From the NCBI RefSeq assembly GCF_018350175.1, contig NC_058373.1, positions 114,950,001 to 115,014,000 of the forward strand: DNA of 64,000 bases. The letters run 5' to 3'. A model generated the notes under the pieces. It searched no databases. It saw nothing but the letters and a program-made list of their open reading frames with translations, and had not been told where the DNA came from. Below are positions 51,019-63,507 of the stretch, in pieces. Source of the stretch: Felis catus (Eukaryota). Positions within the stretch are counted from its first letter, which is position 1. Each line of letters starts with the position of its first letter. Both the position numbers and the translations under genes were made by a program.

Positions 51019-51179
51019 GTAGGGCGGGACTGCAAAGAGAGCCCTTTCTCTTCTGGTGCACCATGGGGAGTTTAGTGTTTACATCCCAGGGACCACCCCC
51101 ATGAAAGTTCTTGGGCTGGCCTTCAGGGAGAGGGTCTCGTGATGAAGTTCTCCAACCCAAGTATAAACCCTGGCGTACT

Positions 51180-51445
51180 CAGTGTCAGGGTTTTGCGAGC
51201 TAAGAATGGTTTTTATATTGTTTAATGGCTGAAAATATTTTGTGGCACCTGAAAATTACATGAAATTTAAAGTTTAGTGCCTGTAAATAGTCTTTTTGGG
51301 AACACAACCATGCCCACTTGTTTACATCTTACCTGTGGCTCTTCGCACAGTAATGGCAGAGTGCTGCAAGAGAGCAAATGGCTTGCAAAACCTGAAATAT
51401 TTCCTCGTTGGCCCTTTAAGAAGAAAATTTGCTGACCTCTGCCCT
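51180..51445. mobile_element. MER58B-like hAT MITE
   Basis: gcgagctaagaatggtttttatatt...ggccctttaagaagaaaatttgctgacctctg. Confidence 0.65.
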
Positions 51446-52200
51446 AGAACCTCATCTGGAAAAGAGTTTTGACACTTTTACACTGAATAGCCCTGTTGCT
51501 CAGTGTATACCTAAAGTGCCAGTTGAGGCAGAGGTGGGCCGTGGAATGCAGAAGGCTCAGCATTGCTAATTGGGCATGCCTTAGAATGATCACCAAAGAC
51601 CAGTCCCAGTAGTGGGATTCTGGGAAGGACAAAGGCATGTGAAATGTGGCATGCTATTACTTGGACCTTTCTAACAGAACATGCCTATCTGACAAAACTT
51701 TAGCCAGCCAGCCAGCCAGTGTTTACTTTTGACGTATAAATCATCTCTGTAAAGTTGTAGTGTTCTTATGTTGTGTTTTTTCATCTACAAGATGCAGAGT
51801 TGCTTTCTTTATAATCGTTGCTATTTCTGCTATTACAGTTTGATTAATCAGTGGATTATACCTTATAATACTTTATATAGACTTTATATACTTACATACT
51901 TTATATACTTTCTGGCATCATACTTTTCTAATAACGGCTGATACATTGAATATTTGGGGCCAGGTGCTAAGCAGCTTACAAATGTTATCTCATTTAACCC
52001 TCATGAAAACCCAAAGAACACATACTTCACTGAACCCATTTTAGAGATGAGAAGACTAAGGTTGAGAAAGGTTAAAGAACCTTCCCAGAATCAAATGCAG
52101 GTCTACCTGACTCTAAAACTCATAGAAGACTAGGACACTAGTATAGATGCTGTTGTTGTTGTATTTATAATGTTTTATGTTTCGTTTTTTCCAAATTTAG

Positions 52201-52286
52201 CCGACGGTGTTGCCTTAGGAGCGGCAGCCTCTACTTCCCAGACTAGCGTCCAATTGATTGTGTTTGTGGCAATAATGCTACATAAG
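52201..52286 (+). CDS. SLC39A9: SLC39A9 exon 5 (86 nt)
   Basis: ccaaatttag|CCGACG...CATAAG|gtaagg; (A)[28 protein letters not shown]. With exons 4 and 6 this forms the ZIP metal-site motifs HAAADG and HKAP. Confidence 0.96.
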
Positions 52287-52565
52287 GTAAGGGGAATCCT
52301 AGTGAAAGATTTGATATTGAATATATTCGCAATTAAAATTTCTCTTTGGTCATTAACATTTTCCTGGAATGGGGAAATATTTTTAGCTATTTTCATAATT
52401 GCCCTTCGTTTGAGACAGTTGACTAGATGGAAGGGATTTTTTTATGGTCCTATACACAAATTATTAAATTCCCTACAGATTTCTGTACCTTATAATAATT
52501 TTTGTTGGTAAATATTCTTGTTTTTTTATAATCTTTTCTTGACTATTTCTCTCTTCCTACTGTCT

Positions 52566-52568
<3 letters not shown>

Positions 52569-52608
<40 letters not shown>
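52569..52608. repeat. (CA)n microsatellite in intron 5
   Basis: About 20 perfect CA units. Confidence 0.95.
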
Positions 52609-52611
<3 letters not shown>

Positions 52612-52774
52612 TAGGATATTTTCTTAGCTTAGAACATTAGTTCCTAAAAGGCAGAGCTCAGTCTTGGTACCATGCCTCTTTTTTTCGGTGAGAATTCAGT
52701 CCAATGACATATACTTCATAATATAGAAGCAATCCATACTTTAAGAGTATTTAAGACTAATTTTTTTTTTCCAG

Positions 52775-52909
52775 GCACCAGCTGCTTTTGGGCTGGTTTC
52801 CTTCTTAATGCACGCTGGCCTAGAACGGAATCGAATCAGAAAACATTTACTGGTGTTTGCGCTTGCAGCACCAGTTATGGCCATGGTGACATACTTAGGA
52901 CTAAGTAAG
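52775..52909 (+). CDS. SLC39A9: SLC39A9 exon 6 (135 nt)
   Basis: gactaatttttttttttccag|GCACCA...AGTAAG|gtacgt; [45 protein letters not shown]. Confidence 0.96.
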
Positions 52910-53033
52910 GTACGTCTTATTCGTTCCTAGTTTATCTAGACAAGTATCCAATTTTTTTGTGATCTACCGGAATCTATGGTCTTTTATGTTGAGTTTCTCA
53001 GTTAAGTTACTCTCTCAAACTAAAAATGAAATT

Positions 53034-53222
53034 GGGGCTCCTGGGTGGCTCAGTTGGTTAAGCATCCAACTTCGGCTCAGGTCACGATCTCACGGTTGGT
53101 GAGTTCAAGCCCCAGATCAGACTCCTCGCTAACCATGCAGAGCCTGCTTGGGATTCTCTCTCTCTCCCCCTCTCTCTGCCCCTCCCCTGCTCGCTCTCTG
53201 TCTCAAAAATAAAATGATAAAG
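53034..53222 (+). mobile_element. CAN SINE
   Basis: TSD aaaaatgaaatt. Confidence 0.88.
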
Positions 53223-53876
53223 AAAAATGAAATTATGAGTAAAAACCAGTACAAGGTAAACATCTCAATTCCAAGGCATTCCCTTCATAAAGTTACATCT
53301 TCCTGTTCATTTAATTTGAAAATGTCTTCCCCTTCAATTCCGAGAACATTTGCACATATACGTGATCTTTCAAATAACATAACTTAAGCCTAACCAGACC
53401 CACTAATTTTATTTGACAGATGTATAATAAGCCACGGTACATATTTAATGTTTAAGCAGGCACGTGAAGAGTGAGGGACAAGCGAATGGCAGCTTTGAGG
53501 AGAATAGGGGATGAGCAGAGATGTCTGTATTCTCATATCACCGCATACTAAATATCCAGTTCGTTATCATTGCGCTGAACATAACGTCAGACTTGAAGTA
53601 ACGTGTCTGTCGCTTGTCAGTTCTGAGCCTGGGTATCCTTCCCCTGCTGTTCAAGTTCGACCTTTCCCTGTCTTCCAGTTCTGTCCACTGGGGCTGCGGG
53701 TCTCATTGACCTGTTGTATTTCAGTGTCAGCTGGCAGGTGACAGGAGGGAAATCTTAGCACCAGACCGACTTAGGGCCCGTTCGTGGAACTGCTTTCCCA
53801 TACTCTCTCTGAAGGTCACTGATTCTTCTGAGTGTCACTCAGATCATAGCTGATACCGCAAAACTTATATTAAATT

Positions 53877-54091
53877 CTTTTTTAATGTTTATTTATTGTT
53901 GACGGAGAGAGAGCGAGAGCAGGAGTGGGGGAGGGGCAGACAGAGAGGGAGACACAGAATCCGAAGCAGGCTCCACAGCAGCTGTGGAGCTGTCGGCACA
54001 GAGCCTGACATGGGCTCGAACTCACCGACTGCAAGATCATGACCTGGGCCAAAGCTGGACGTTCAACTGACTGAGCCACCCAGGCACCCCC
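53877..54091 (-). mobile_element. CAN SINE
   Basis: Antisense body; TSD caaaact(t)atattaaa. Confidence 0.88.
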
Positions 54092-54922
54092 CCAACAAAA
54101 CTATATTAAAAGGAACATATGAGAAACGAGGTGGTCAAAACATGGTTAAGTTCATGTTAATCAAGTTTGTTGATCTGGATTGCTAACAAATGAGGTGTCA
54201 TAAAAACCCTCTCTGATCGTTTGAAGAGCCTTTTCTTCTTTCAGTCAGTATATAGTTCCTTTTAAGTATTACCCTGTATATCACTTCATTGATCATCGAT
54301 CAAAGTCTTTAGAACTTTAGACAGAAAGGTGTAATTCTGGAGGCATGGGGTTACATGTTACATTATGGTGTGCTCCTTTCTTAAATTTTTAATTGTTGTA
54401 GTCCATGGGTCCACTTTTTTAATAGAAAAAGTTGAAATTAATTGTGTCAAGATTAGCTTATAAGATGTTTCTAGCCTCTGAGGGCAGGTGCTGGATGTTG
54501 ATTACCACTGTATCTCAACAGCTGTCCTGGAGCCTGGTGTATAGGGGATGTTTGTTAACTATTAGTAGAATAAATGAGTGAATGTACGAAATTTAATATC
54601 TGCATTAATAATGCCGTTGATTCCATTGTAAGAATAATACGTGCCAGACCTGTTCATCCAGACTTGATGTTTGCTTGAAGAAGCAATTGTGTACAGTATC
54701 AATAGTCTTAAGCCCTTATTTGGAAGCTTCTCATCAATCACAAGATTGCTCTGATCTCAAGATGTCCCCAGTGTCCCATAGTGCACCAGTTGTGAATGCT
54801 GAGTGTTTTTTTAATTGGAACTTCTTCCTGACCCTGAATTTTAATTGTTCTTCTCCTTCTTCTCCTCTCTCTCTCTCTCTCTCTCTCTGTCTCTGTCTCT
54901 CTCTGTTTCTCTCAATTCACAG

Positions 54923-55153
54923 AGCAGTAAAGAAGCCCTTTCAGAGGTCAATGCCACTGGAGTGGCCATGCTTTTCTCTGCCGGGACATTTCTTTATGTT
55001 GCCACAGTACATGTCCTCCCAGAGGTGGGCGGAATGGGGCACAGTCACAAACCCGACCCCACTGGCGGGCGGGGCCTCAGCCGCCTGGAGGTGGCAGCCC
55101 TGGTTCTGGGTTGCCTCATCCCACTCATCCTGTCAGTAGGACACCAGCATTAA
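54923..55153 (+). CDS. SLC39A9: SLC39A9 exon 7 coding part to stop codon
   Basis: caattcacag|AGCAGT...[44 protein letters not shown]...LILSVGHQH*. Joined CDS is 921 nt with consistent phases. Confidence 0.96.
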   Translation, partial: SSKEALSEVNATGVAMLFSAGTFLYVATVHVLPEVGGMGHSHKPDPTGGRGLSRLEVAALVLGCLIPLILSVGHQH

Positions 55154-56873
55154 ACGTCAGGTTCCAGCCTCAGTCCGTGGCTGCCCAGCATCCGGCGAGA
55201 ACAGCCAGCGCGTGACAGCTGCTCACTTCCTCAGTGTCTTGTCTCACCTTGCCCATCTCCACCTGTGTTCCTAGAGTCCGGAGGGAGGTGAGATTAAAAC
55301 CTGGAGTCATGGAAGGCTTTTAGACGAGAAACGACACACCGCGACTGGATGTGGACATTCCGTTGTGTTGTTTTTTAAAGGGCCCTTGGCGTTTTGAGTT
55401 TTGATGTTTCTCTTAACCCCTATTCTCAGGGAAGATGGAATTTCATTTTAAGGAAAAGTGGAGAACTTCATACTCACGATGAAATAGTAATTATGAAAGT
55501 ACAGTGTTCTGTAATTAAGCTAAATCTCTATGTTAGTTTAGAGGCTCCGCCGCTTACTTTATCCATTGATCTTTAACATGGTTCTCACCGTGTAAGACTG
55601 GTGCTTTAGCATCTCTGCCACATGCCTTGATCAAGGTCATAATGTCCACTGTCTTAGATGCTAAAGAGAATTGTCATCTACCTGGGGCAAGAGTCAGGAA
55701 AATGACGGCAAGACACATTAAAAGCTGACTTCTTACTCGAGAGCTGTCCATTGAACAGGGGGTGTCTGGAGAGACTTAACACCTCCTTTCACATCTGCCT
55801 CTTTAAAGAGGGCCCGCCCTCCCATCAAATGGAGCCACAGAGATGGACTAGCATCGGAGGAGGTGACTAGTATTTCTTTTTAAGTTCTCTTTTGCAGCGT
55901 ACCTGCCTACAATGCATTCATACAGAGGAGCCAAGTTCTGGTAGGTTCAGGCCTCCCCCCAGCTATTCCTTCAAGAGCAGTCAGATCCCAAAGTACCTTT
56001 TGAAATTGAGGGGTATTAATTTTAAGTGAACTTGGATAGTGACTGACATCTTTGTAGTAATCTTTTTAAAATTGAGATTACCAAAACCTATGTTGTCCCT
56101 TTTTTTTTTTCTTTTTAAGTATTTATCTTAGCAGACCGGCAGTCCCTCCGGCAGAATACTCGGTGTCCCGTGGGAAGTGCTAGGTCAGCGTCACATAAGC
56201 ACCTGCAGCAATGAAGACGGTCACGATGTATCACAAGCGGGAAGTGTTTGCCTCTTGATTTAAAGCTTATTGAAATCATGTCTCTTGTCTCTTGTCTCTT
56301 CATCTTTTCCGTGCTTTCCTCCTGACTTTCCTCTCCAGCACCCCCTCCCTCTAATGTGCTGCTCACTGCTGACAGCGACGTTAGGATTTGTGTGAATTGA
56401 ACTCTCATCAGGACAACCACTTCTTGACCGGTGATGATGAAGATGACAATTGTCTCTTTACTTTATTCCCTTCAATGAAGTCACTTTTGTGTCAAATGCA
56501 ACTCTGCTAAGCCCTTAAAATGTCACTTTCTCATACGTGAGATGATGCAGTCACTAATATTCTGGTAATTTAACCAATTGAGATAGTAAAAGCGTTTAAC
56601 AAACTAGGGTGATTTTTCCGTGTTTGCCAAAGTCCCTGTAAAACTTTGTGTTATCGACTCAGTGTATAATACTGTGTTATTAATTTATTTTGATTTTCTG
56701 TACCATTTCAAAAACACATTATAGAAAGAGGGAACCAAGACCGTTTTCTTCAGGGCAGTGGGTTTAGGAGTCCGTAAAATGTTTTATATGACGTATATGC
56801 CAGCATGCCTGTAATTTCTTTATTTCCGTCCTAGATTTGTCACTGGGTCAGCAGCTATGGAAATAGACCTCGA

Positions 56874-56888
56874 GAGCCCCCTGCTGGC
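56874..56888 (-). promoter_or_regulatory. Candidate CTCF motif in the SLC39A9 3' UTR
   Basis: Minus strand GCCAGCAGGGGGCTC, a near-consensus CTCF core. Confidence 0.45.
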
Positions 56889-57096
56889 TGTAGACCAAAG
56901 TAGCATAAATAGGAGGCGGTTTCGTATAGTGGCTGCAGCCATTGCATACGCACTTAAAACCAGCAGAAGGTACAGCGTGGAAAGTCTGAGTGACTTTTCC
57001 TGATAGCAGCTCTGACTTATGAAGAGTCTTGGGGCTTCAGGTGGTCCTTCAAGATGTCATGGTTGCCTTGATTCTCCCTGGACATTTACTTTGTTA

Positions 57097-57102
57097 AATA
57101 AA
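57097..57102 (+). terminator. Candidate proximal polyadenylation signal (AATAAA)
   Basis: Canonical hexamer followed by GU-rich ttttagtgtctggcctggtttgg. Confidence 0.45.
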
Positions 57103-58874
57103 TAGTACATTTTAGTGTCTGGCCTGGTTTGGATGGCAGCACTCTCTGCCATACTGTTGTGTGAGAAAAGATGAGAAATATGTTCTGCTGGCCAAAGCCT
57201 CTTGCAGCAGTGCCCTGCCGTCACTAAAAGTGTGGCTAGAATAGCTTGCTGGGTAGGTGGGGCCTTGAACTCTGGCAAGGATCGAACTGTCAGACTTCCA
57301 AATTTGCCTTCCCCTCTGGACCTCACATTAACAAGCAAACCTTTCAAGGCCTATCAGCTCTCAGAAGCTATGGGCCTCCCCAGATTTTAAAGCTGCTGCC
57401 TCGGGAACTACTCCTGTGTCTCCTGGTCAGCATGCAGAAATAGCCATACTAATCTTACAGGGCTCAAATGCATCTTCAGGTAGCAGGGGACCAAGCAGCA
57501 TGGCAGAGGCCTTCTTCACCGGGGGAAGAACTTGCTCGTGGTGGGCAGTGTCCCAGAAGAGGCCACAGCAGTGGTCACTTACTGGCACATTTCAGTTCTG
57601 TTTTTCTCTTGTTTAAAACTGCCTCCCGCTTTAGATGTAGATGCCTTAACGCTCTCACACATTTGAAAACGTTGGCAATACTTAAGCTGCTGCCATGATT
57701 ACAGATGGAATTATTGGCTACCAGAGAGATGCAGTTGATGAAAAGCATGGTCCTTCCTTCCTCATAACCAAAGCTAATCTTAATTGCAATTTGACTCCAT
57801 TTCCTTGGTAGGGATCAATTTATTCAGATTCCAGATGCACTCTTAAATGGCAAATTAAATTGAAAAACACTACTGATCCATTCCCCTCACTTGTTTCCCA
57901 GTGAATTGCTATCAGTCCCCATTTCCCCGAAGCAGCGAAGTTCCAGGTCTGGTGGCTTTCCTGCACCAGAGTGTAGCGAGTTGGAAACGGTACCACCTGC
58001 AGAGGCTCTGTGTTCTCTCTTCCCCCCATTACCTTTTTATTTCCTTATTCAAAACAGCCGAGTCAGCCGTGTTCCTGTATAATGAATTATTAGAAAACGG
58101 AGAGAGGTGGTCATTTGGAGGGGGTCAGTTCTTTGTAAAGAGGAGACTATGTAAGTGTGTTTCTTACCAGCCTACTTCTAAGGGTCACTTCCTGGTGTTT
58201 CTCTTATTGGAGGATTAGAGCTAGGAGGACACCCCCTCATCGGAGTATATTATGCCCCTCAGACACATGGTAGCCAGGTACTAAACACGGGAGCTGTCTG
58301 CCAACAGCACAAGCCCCCAGAGAATGTTCTTGCCTACATGGCTCCTGGGCCCCTTGGGAGATTGAGAATAATGACCAGATTCTTCTAAAACCACTGCAGT
58401 GCAAGGTGATCTACAGGGGAACCGTCGAAGATTTCTGGTCAAAACAGAATGATCCCAAGAGCACTGTTGGGAGATGCCATGAACTTAAAGCCAACGATGT
58501 AGCCCCCTTTGTAGCTGAGACATCTAGATCAATCGCCTCAGGAGACTTGAGGGAAATTTGTGACTTGTAGGAAAGGAGACAACCATTGGGAATTCTCTAG
58601 ATATGCTCAGCCTAAACACAAGGAACTTGGCTTTGGTCTTTTTTCTGATAGCATCTTCTAGCAAGTTGGAAGTCTCATGGGATAAAACTGCATTTCCCCT
58701 GGTTCAGTAGCCTGAAGAGTGATTTTAAATGTCCCCTTTTCTGGATCCTTTGTAAACATGAAATCATTCCATGGATGGCTGCCTTATAATTTTGTCTCTT
58801 TCCACGTTAATTGTGAATGGTTAAAAAAAAAAAAAATTTTTTTGTTTTGCTGTTTTCTGATTTGTTTTATGATA

Positions 58875-58880
58875 ATTAAA
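58875..58880 (+). terminator. Candidate distal polyadenylation signal (ATTAAA)
   Basis: ATTAAA preceded by a U-rich tract and an upstream TGTA (58751), followed by U/GU-rich sequence. Confidence 0.5.
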
Positions 58881-59399
58881 TTTTTATTAGTGCATACCTT
58901 ATGTGAGTGGCTCATTACTTCCTCTCTTGGCAGTTTGCTTCTCTGTTTGATGGCTAGACTTGACCCACATCTGAACATCAGAAAAGGTAATGAAAATCTT
59001 TGAAGGCCAGAGAAAGATGTGCCCACTATATGATATCCTTAAGGAAAGGGGGAGGGGAGATGAAGGACTCAATACACCAGGTGCCCCCAGACATACTAAT
59101 TCATTGACTTTTATTTTTGCTTTGCCGTGGTTGTTAGTAAATATTACTTAGGAAGGTAGCTGCCTGCTCCCAGAAAAGAGAAGCAGGCAACAGATCTCAA
59201 TCGCAGTGGGTTCATTTCAAAGGGCAGAGCTGCTCTATGAGAATACAGAGGCTGAGACCAACTGGCCCTGGAAATAGAGATTTTAATGGAAGTGCAATTT
59301 GTAAATTCGTTTCTAGTTCTTCACAAGCTAGGGCAGCATCCTACAGTGTAGTTTTTATAACGTCAGAAATAAGCAACCTTGCGTCCAGTCCCTATGTCT

Positions 59400-59670
59400 A
59401 AAATGCCCTTTCCCCTAGCTCCCTCGCGTCCTTCCAGTCTGGGTCTAAAGCCTCCTTCAGTTAGGCCTCTTGTGACCACCCACCCTGCTTAAAACTAATC
59501 TGCCCACCGTGTCCCAGTACTTTTTACCCTATTCTATTATTTCCTTTCCTGTAGCACTGGTCATCTTTTAATCTACTTTATAATATATATCCTTACTGTG
59601 TCCTTCCCTGCCAAAATACAAGCTCCAGGAAGCTAGGTTCTCAATAGATACGTGTTGTTAAACGAATCGG
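59400..59670. mobile_element. L2-like 3' fragment
   Basis: aaaatgccctttccc...ccttgtgaccacc...tacaagctccaggaag...ctcaatagatacgtgttg. Confidence 0.5.
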
Positions 59671-62600
59671 TGTGCCAAGGAGGCACTTTCTTTCTAATCT
59701 GTGGTCCCCCTGCCCCCCCACTTCCCTGGCACCAGCTGCCTCCCTAATCGGTGGCAGGACCAGCTGCTGGCCTTACTTGCAGCTCTGCCCTTGCTCACAC
59801 CGAGGTGAGGGTTTGGGAGTCAGCAAAGAGGTGAGGAGTCAGTGCATGGGGCTGAGTGTACAGGTGGGAAGTTAACTGGGTTTGGGTTCCTAATCCACGA
59901 CCAGCTAATGTTAGTAAGGTACTGTGTGACGGATGGGGGACCGGAACACCTGGATCCCACTTCTGGCTCAGCTACTGATTTCTGTTGCGATGTTAGCCAT
60001 TGCTTCCCCAGTTTGTAAATTTGGGTCAGAACATGAGGGACAACGTGTGTCCCATTCTGACTGCCTTATTTATAGAGGGATCCTGACAAATACAAGAGCC
60101 ACGAGAGGAGGGAGCCCGGTGGAGACAGGATGGAAAGCCAGGGCATGTGAGGAGGTGTCGAAGGTACTGGATGTTTGCCTTCATCTGGAACGTTCTCGGG
60201 GGCAGAACTTGATAGCCACCGTCAGACTTCAAGGGCTGTCATGTGTAGGAGGGCATAGATCCTATATTCTCCAGAAGGTGGAACGGGATGTAAGCTGAGC
60301 CTTACCTCTTCATTCAGCAGCATCAAGTGAACCCTTCCTACAGACGGGGCCCTCATGAGTGCCGAGTGTTCAAAAGGGAGGAGGGGTGGCTCCCGGTCCT
60401 TAAAGAGCGTGTGATTCAGAGGGATTCAGAAAAGGAAACACGGTTGCCAAGATGAGGTGGGTACTGGGAGGCTGAGAGAACGGGGGGCGAGGAACCCAGA
60501 GCGAGGCTTTGGGACAACAGCCAGGGGGAGACGAGGCCTGCGCTGAACTCACAGGTGGAGCAGAATGAGCCGTGAAGCGTTGGGAACGGTTCTCGGGGCA
60601 GGAGGACCTTCGTGGCAAAGGCCTGGTGGCACACGACAGAGAACGTGGACTCTTCACAGACGGTGCCGCTGGCTGACAAACGGGAGGCAGCTGCAGGTGG
60701 TGCGCGGGACCTGTCGGTCCCCTAGTTGACATCTGTGCTTCCAGATTTAAAATCCCACAGATAACGGGGCCCAGCTGGGGTCTTTGTGATTGCAGCCTCC
60801 CCTCCAGCCTTCCCAGGTGCAGTCCCGGCTGGCCTCTGACTTCCTATCACCAGGCGGAGGGTTCACGGGCGCGGTGGTCCAGAGGTTCCTCCGGCACCTC
60901 AAGGTGGGGCTTGGCGACTTTTCCTCCCTCATCCCTGCTTGTCTCCCCCACTTCCTGGCTGGGGCTCAAAGATCCCCCCCCCCATTTCCACACATCTGTG
61001 TTAGTTACAGTTACATACAGAGGGCCAGGTGAGTGCTCAGTCTTCCTTCTACCCTGTGGTTCTCCCTCCCCCAGAGCCCTGTCCCCTCTGCTCCCCGGTT
61101 GACTCAAGGGGACATATCACGGAACCTCTGTCGTCACCCTCCACCTCTTCCAGCCCTCCAGCCCCTGGGTGAATCAGGTGTTCCCCTGTCCTGAGGGGGT
61201 AGGTAGGAGCAGGAGGGGCAGGCATGTGAGTAGTCCCTACCTTCTGTTCTCTCGCTTGGTATTTGGAGAAACCAGAAAAGAACATAAGCACGATGTAGCA
61301 CGAGTAGCACGATGCTGAGAGTTGGCAGGGCCCCTTTTTGATATACGAAGCCTCAGGGGTTTCTCAGCCACTTGCCCAAGGGCTTTCATCAAGTAAAATG
61401 GAGCTAATGCTGGGGCCCAAGCCTCTGACCCAATGAACTGCTAATTCTCTTCCAGATGAAAAGCCGGCACCCTGGCTCTTGCTCACACGTTCTGGGAGAG
61501 TGTGTGAGATTCTAACAATAAATGGCCTTAGGCCTATTGGCCAGACTGAACACATCCCCTCTCCCCCAATGAAATGAACTTCCTCTTGGAAGCCAACTTA
61601 ATGTATACATTTTAATCCACACAGCACCCACGAGGGGGAGCACTGAATACCTTCAATGTTCCTGAGCAGCGTGCGATGCCTTTGGATGCCAGGGGACCTT
61701 GTTAGTGCTGTGAAGCAGCTGGCAGGCTGGCAGGGCAGCAAGGCCGTTGGGCCACCCCCAGAAACACTTCTACGTTGGCAACCCTGGGTGTGAGCAGTTG
61801 TTAGGCAGAGAGAGGGCCAAAGCCTAACAACCGCTGATGAGAACAGAACTATCTGGTCAATGTAAGAAACTCCCAGCTCAGGCATCTCAAGTGCGGGGTG
61901 CCTGGACACAGGGCGGTTGGTCTGCGCCCGCACAGACTCTCCTTTGTCTCCCCACCCCCTTAGACCTTTGGCCTACTGGCTTCAAACATGCGTGTGGTGC
62001 CCTGTACCCCACCTCCCCCTTCCTGGGTTCCCCTGGGGGCAGGGGGAGGGGTAGCCAAGCCCCAGGCAGGTAAAGGAGCCTAGGACCCATGCCTGGCCTT
62101 AGAAAATGCAGTCCAAGTGGAACACGATTCATGCGGCATCCCTAAAGATGAGTCATCTGAGCTGAATCTTAAAGCAGGAGTCGGGGGAAGAGGAGAAGAA
62201 AAGCATTCTGGACTGAGGGAACGGCAAGTGAAAAGGAGCTGTGAAAATTTGGTGGCTTCTCAGAATATCAGAATGGGCGTGAGGGCACCGGGGCCGAGTG
62301 TGGGGGGAAGAGAAGCGGGAGCCCGGACAGCAGGTTGGGATGAAGGGATAGACATCCAGTGGGGCTGAGAGAACACCGAGGCCCAGAGCTGCCCCGTGAT
62401 TGCCCTCAGTTCACACAACGGGTGGCAGGGCCTGGATTTAAACCCGTCTTCACACTAAAAGCAGGCCTGCCATCTAAAGATTGCTTTCTCGGACGTTGTC
62501 AACCACACCACAGATTCTGTTTTGTTCTCACGAGGGAAAACTGAGGCCCTGAGGGGTTGGGGCTCCATTTGGTTTGCAAACAAACAAGAAATCACGGCAC

Positions 62601-62698
62601 CTGAATGGGGCCGAGGGAAGACAAATCGGTTCAGTAAGCATTTGTTGAGCACCTTCTACAAGCCCTGGACTCTGTCCTCCAGGAGCTCACAGTCCGGA

Positions 62699-62702
<4 letters not shown>

Positions 62703-62735
<33 letters not shown>
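62703..62735. repeat. (CA)n microsatellite
   Basis: Perfect CA run. Confidence 0.95.
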
Positions 62736-62738
<3 letters not shown>

Positions 62739-63507
62739 GACAACTCCAAACAAGGCAGGCAGACAGCGCTAGAACGGGAAGAGGGGCAAAGGTCCACAGG
62801 AGTCAGACCAAGATGACCCGAGGGATGGTGGTGTCATTTAGGCTGAATTAGTGCCATAACCTGTGGAATCCAGGACAGGAGCCCGAGGGATGGAATTAGG
62901 GTTGGAGGAGGGAAAGAGATTCCGTGAGAGAGACTTGATGCTACAGCAGGGCCTGGCCTGGAGCCCAGATCTTTCTGCCTCTTCTGCCTCTTGGCCCCTT
63001 AGGGATACTTGTGCTGGGTCCAGCCATCAGGCTGACACCGGTGTCAGGGCAGCTCAGGGAACCTAAAATAGGAGCATTCCTGGGTCCTTCCCCTGGCATC
63101 TGCCTGGCCTGCCTGCCTGAGAGTGGGGTCGGGGACAAAGAGGGCTGGGAACTGAGGGGGTGGCGCCATGGGAAGATTCGCTCTTGTCCGGGTTGTTGGG
63201 AGCTTTGGGGGCCCAATCAGGATGTGATTCCAGGGAGGACCCTGTCGCCGTTTCCCATGTGAGAATGCCTGCCCATTCCTGACTAGAGTGGGTTAAGGAA
63301 GACTGTGTCTGGCTCGCTCTGGCTGAAGTGTAAGATCAGAGAGTTGGGTCCCAGTCAATATTCACACATTTCCTTACCATGGGCTAGCCATGTGTGATGG
63401 GTACACCTGTCTCGTGGAACAATGGTGTCTATCCTATGAGCCTGCAGACTCTGGATAAAAGCAACGCATTATGATAATGTATGTTCTTTCATACAGCAAA
63501 GGAAATA

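Larger units (their letters stand above)
55154..58900 (+). other. SLC39A9: SLC39A9 3' UTR (approximate end)
   Basis: SINE-free unique sequence after the stop. Candidate signals: AATAAA 57097-57102, and ATTAAA 58875-58880 after a U-rich stretch. The end is inferred, not observed. Confidence 0.6.

Noticed and set aside
51855..51912. Short tactttata tandem repeat
   Set aside because: Ordinary simple repeat with no further structure.
54919..54928. Tandem acceptors cag|AG|CAG at exon 7
   Set aside because: Offsets of 2 and 5 nt shift the frame; not a NAGNAG, and only the first AG gives the ZIP9 C-terminus.
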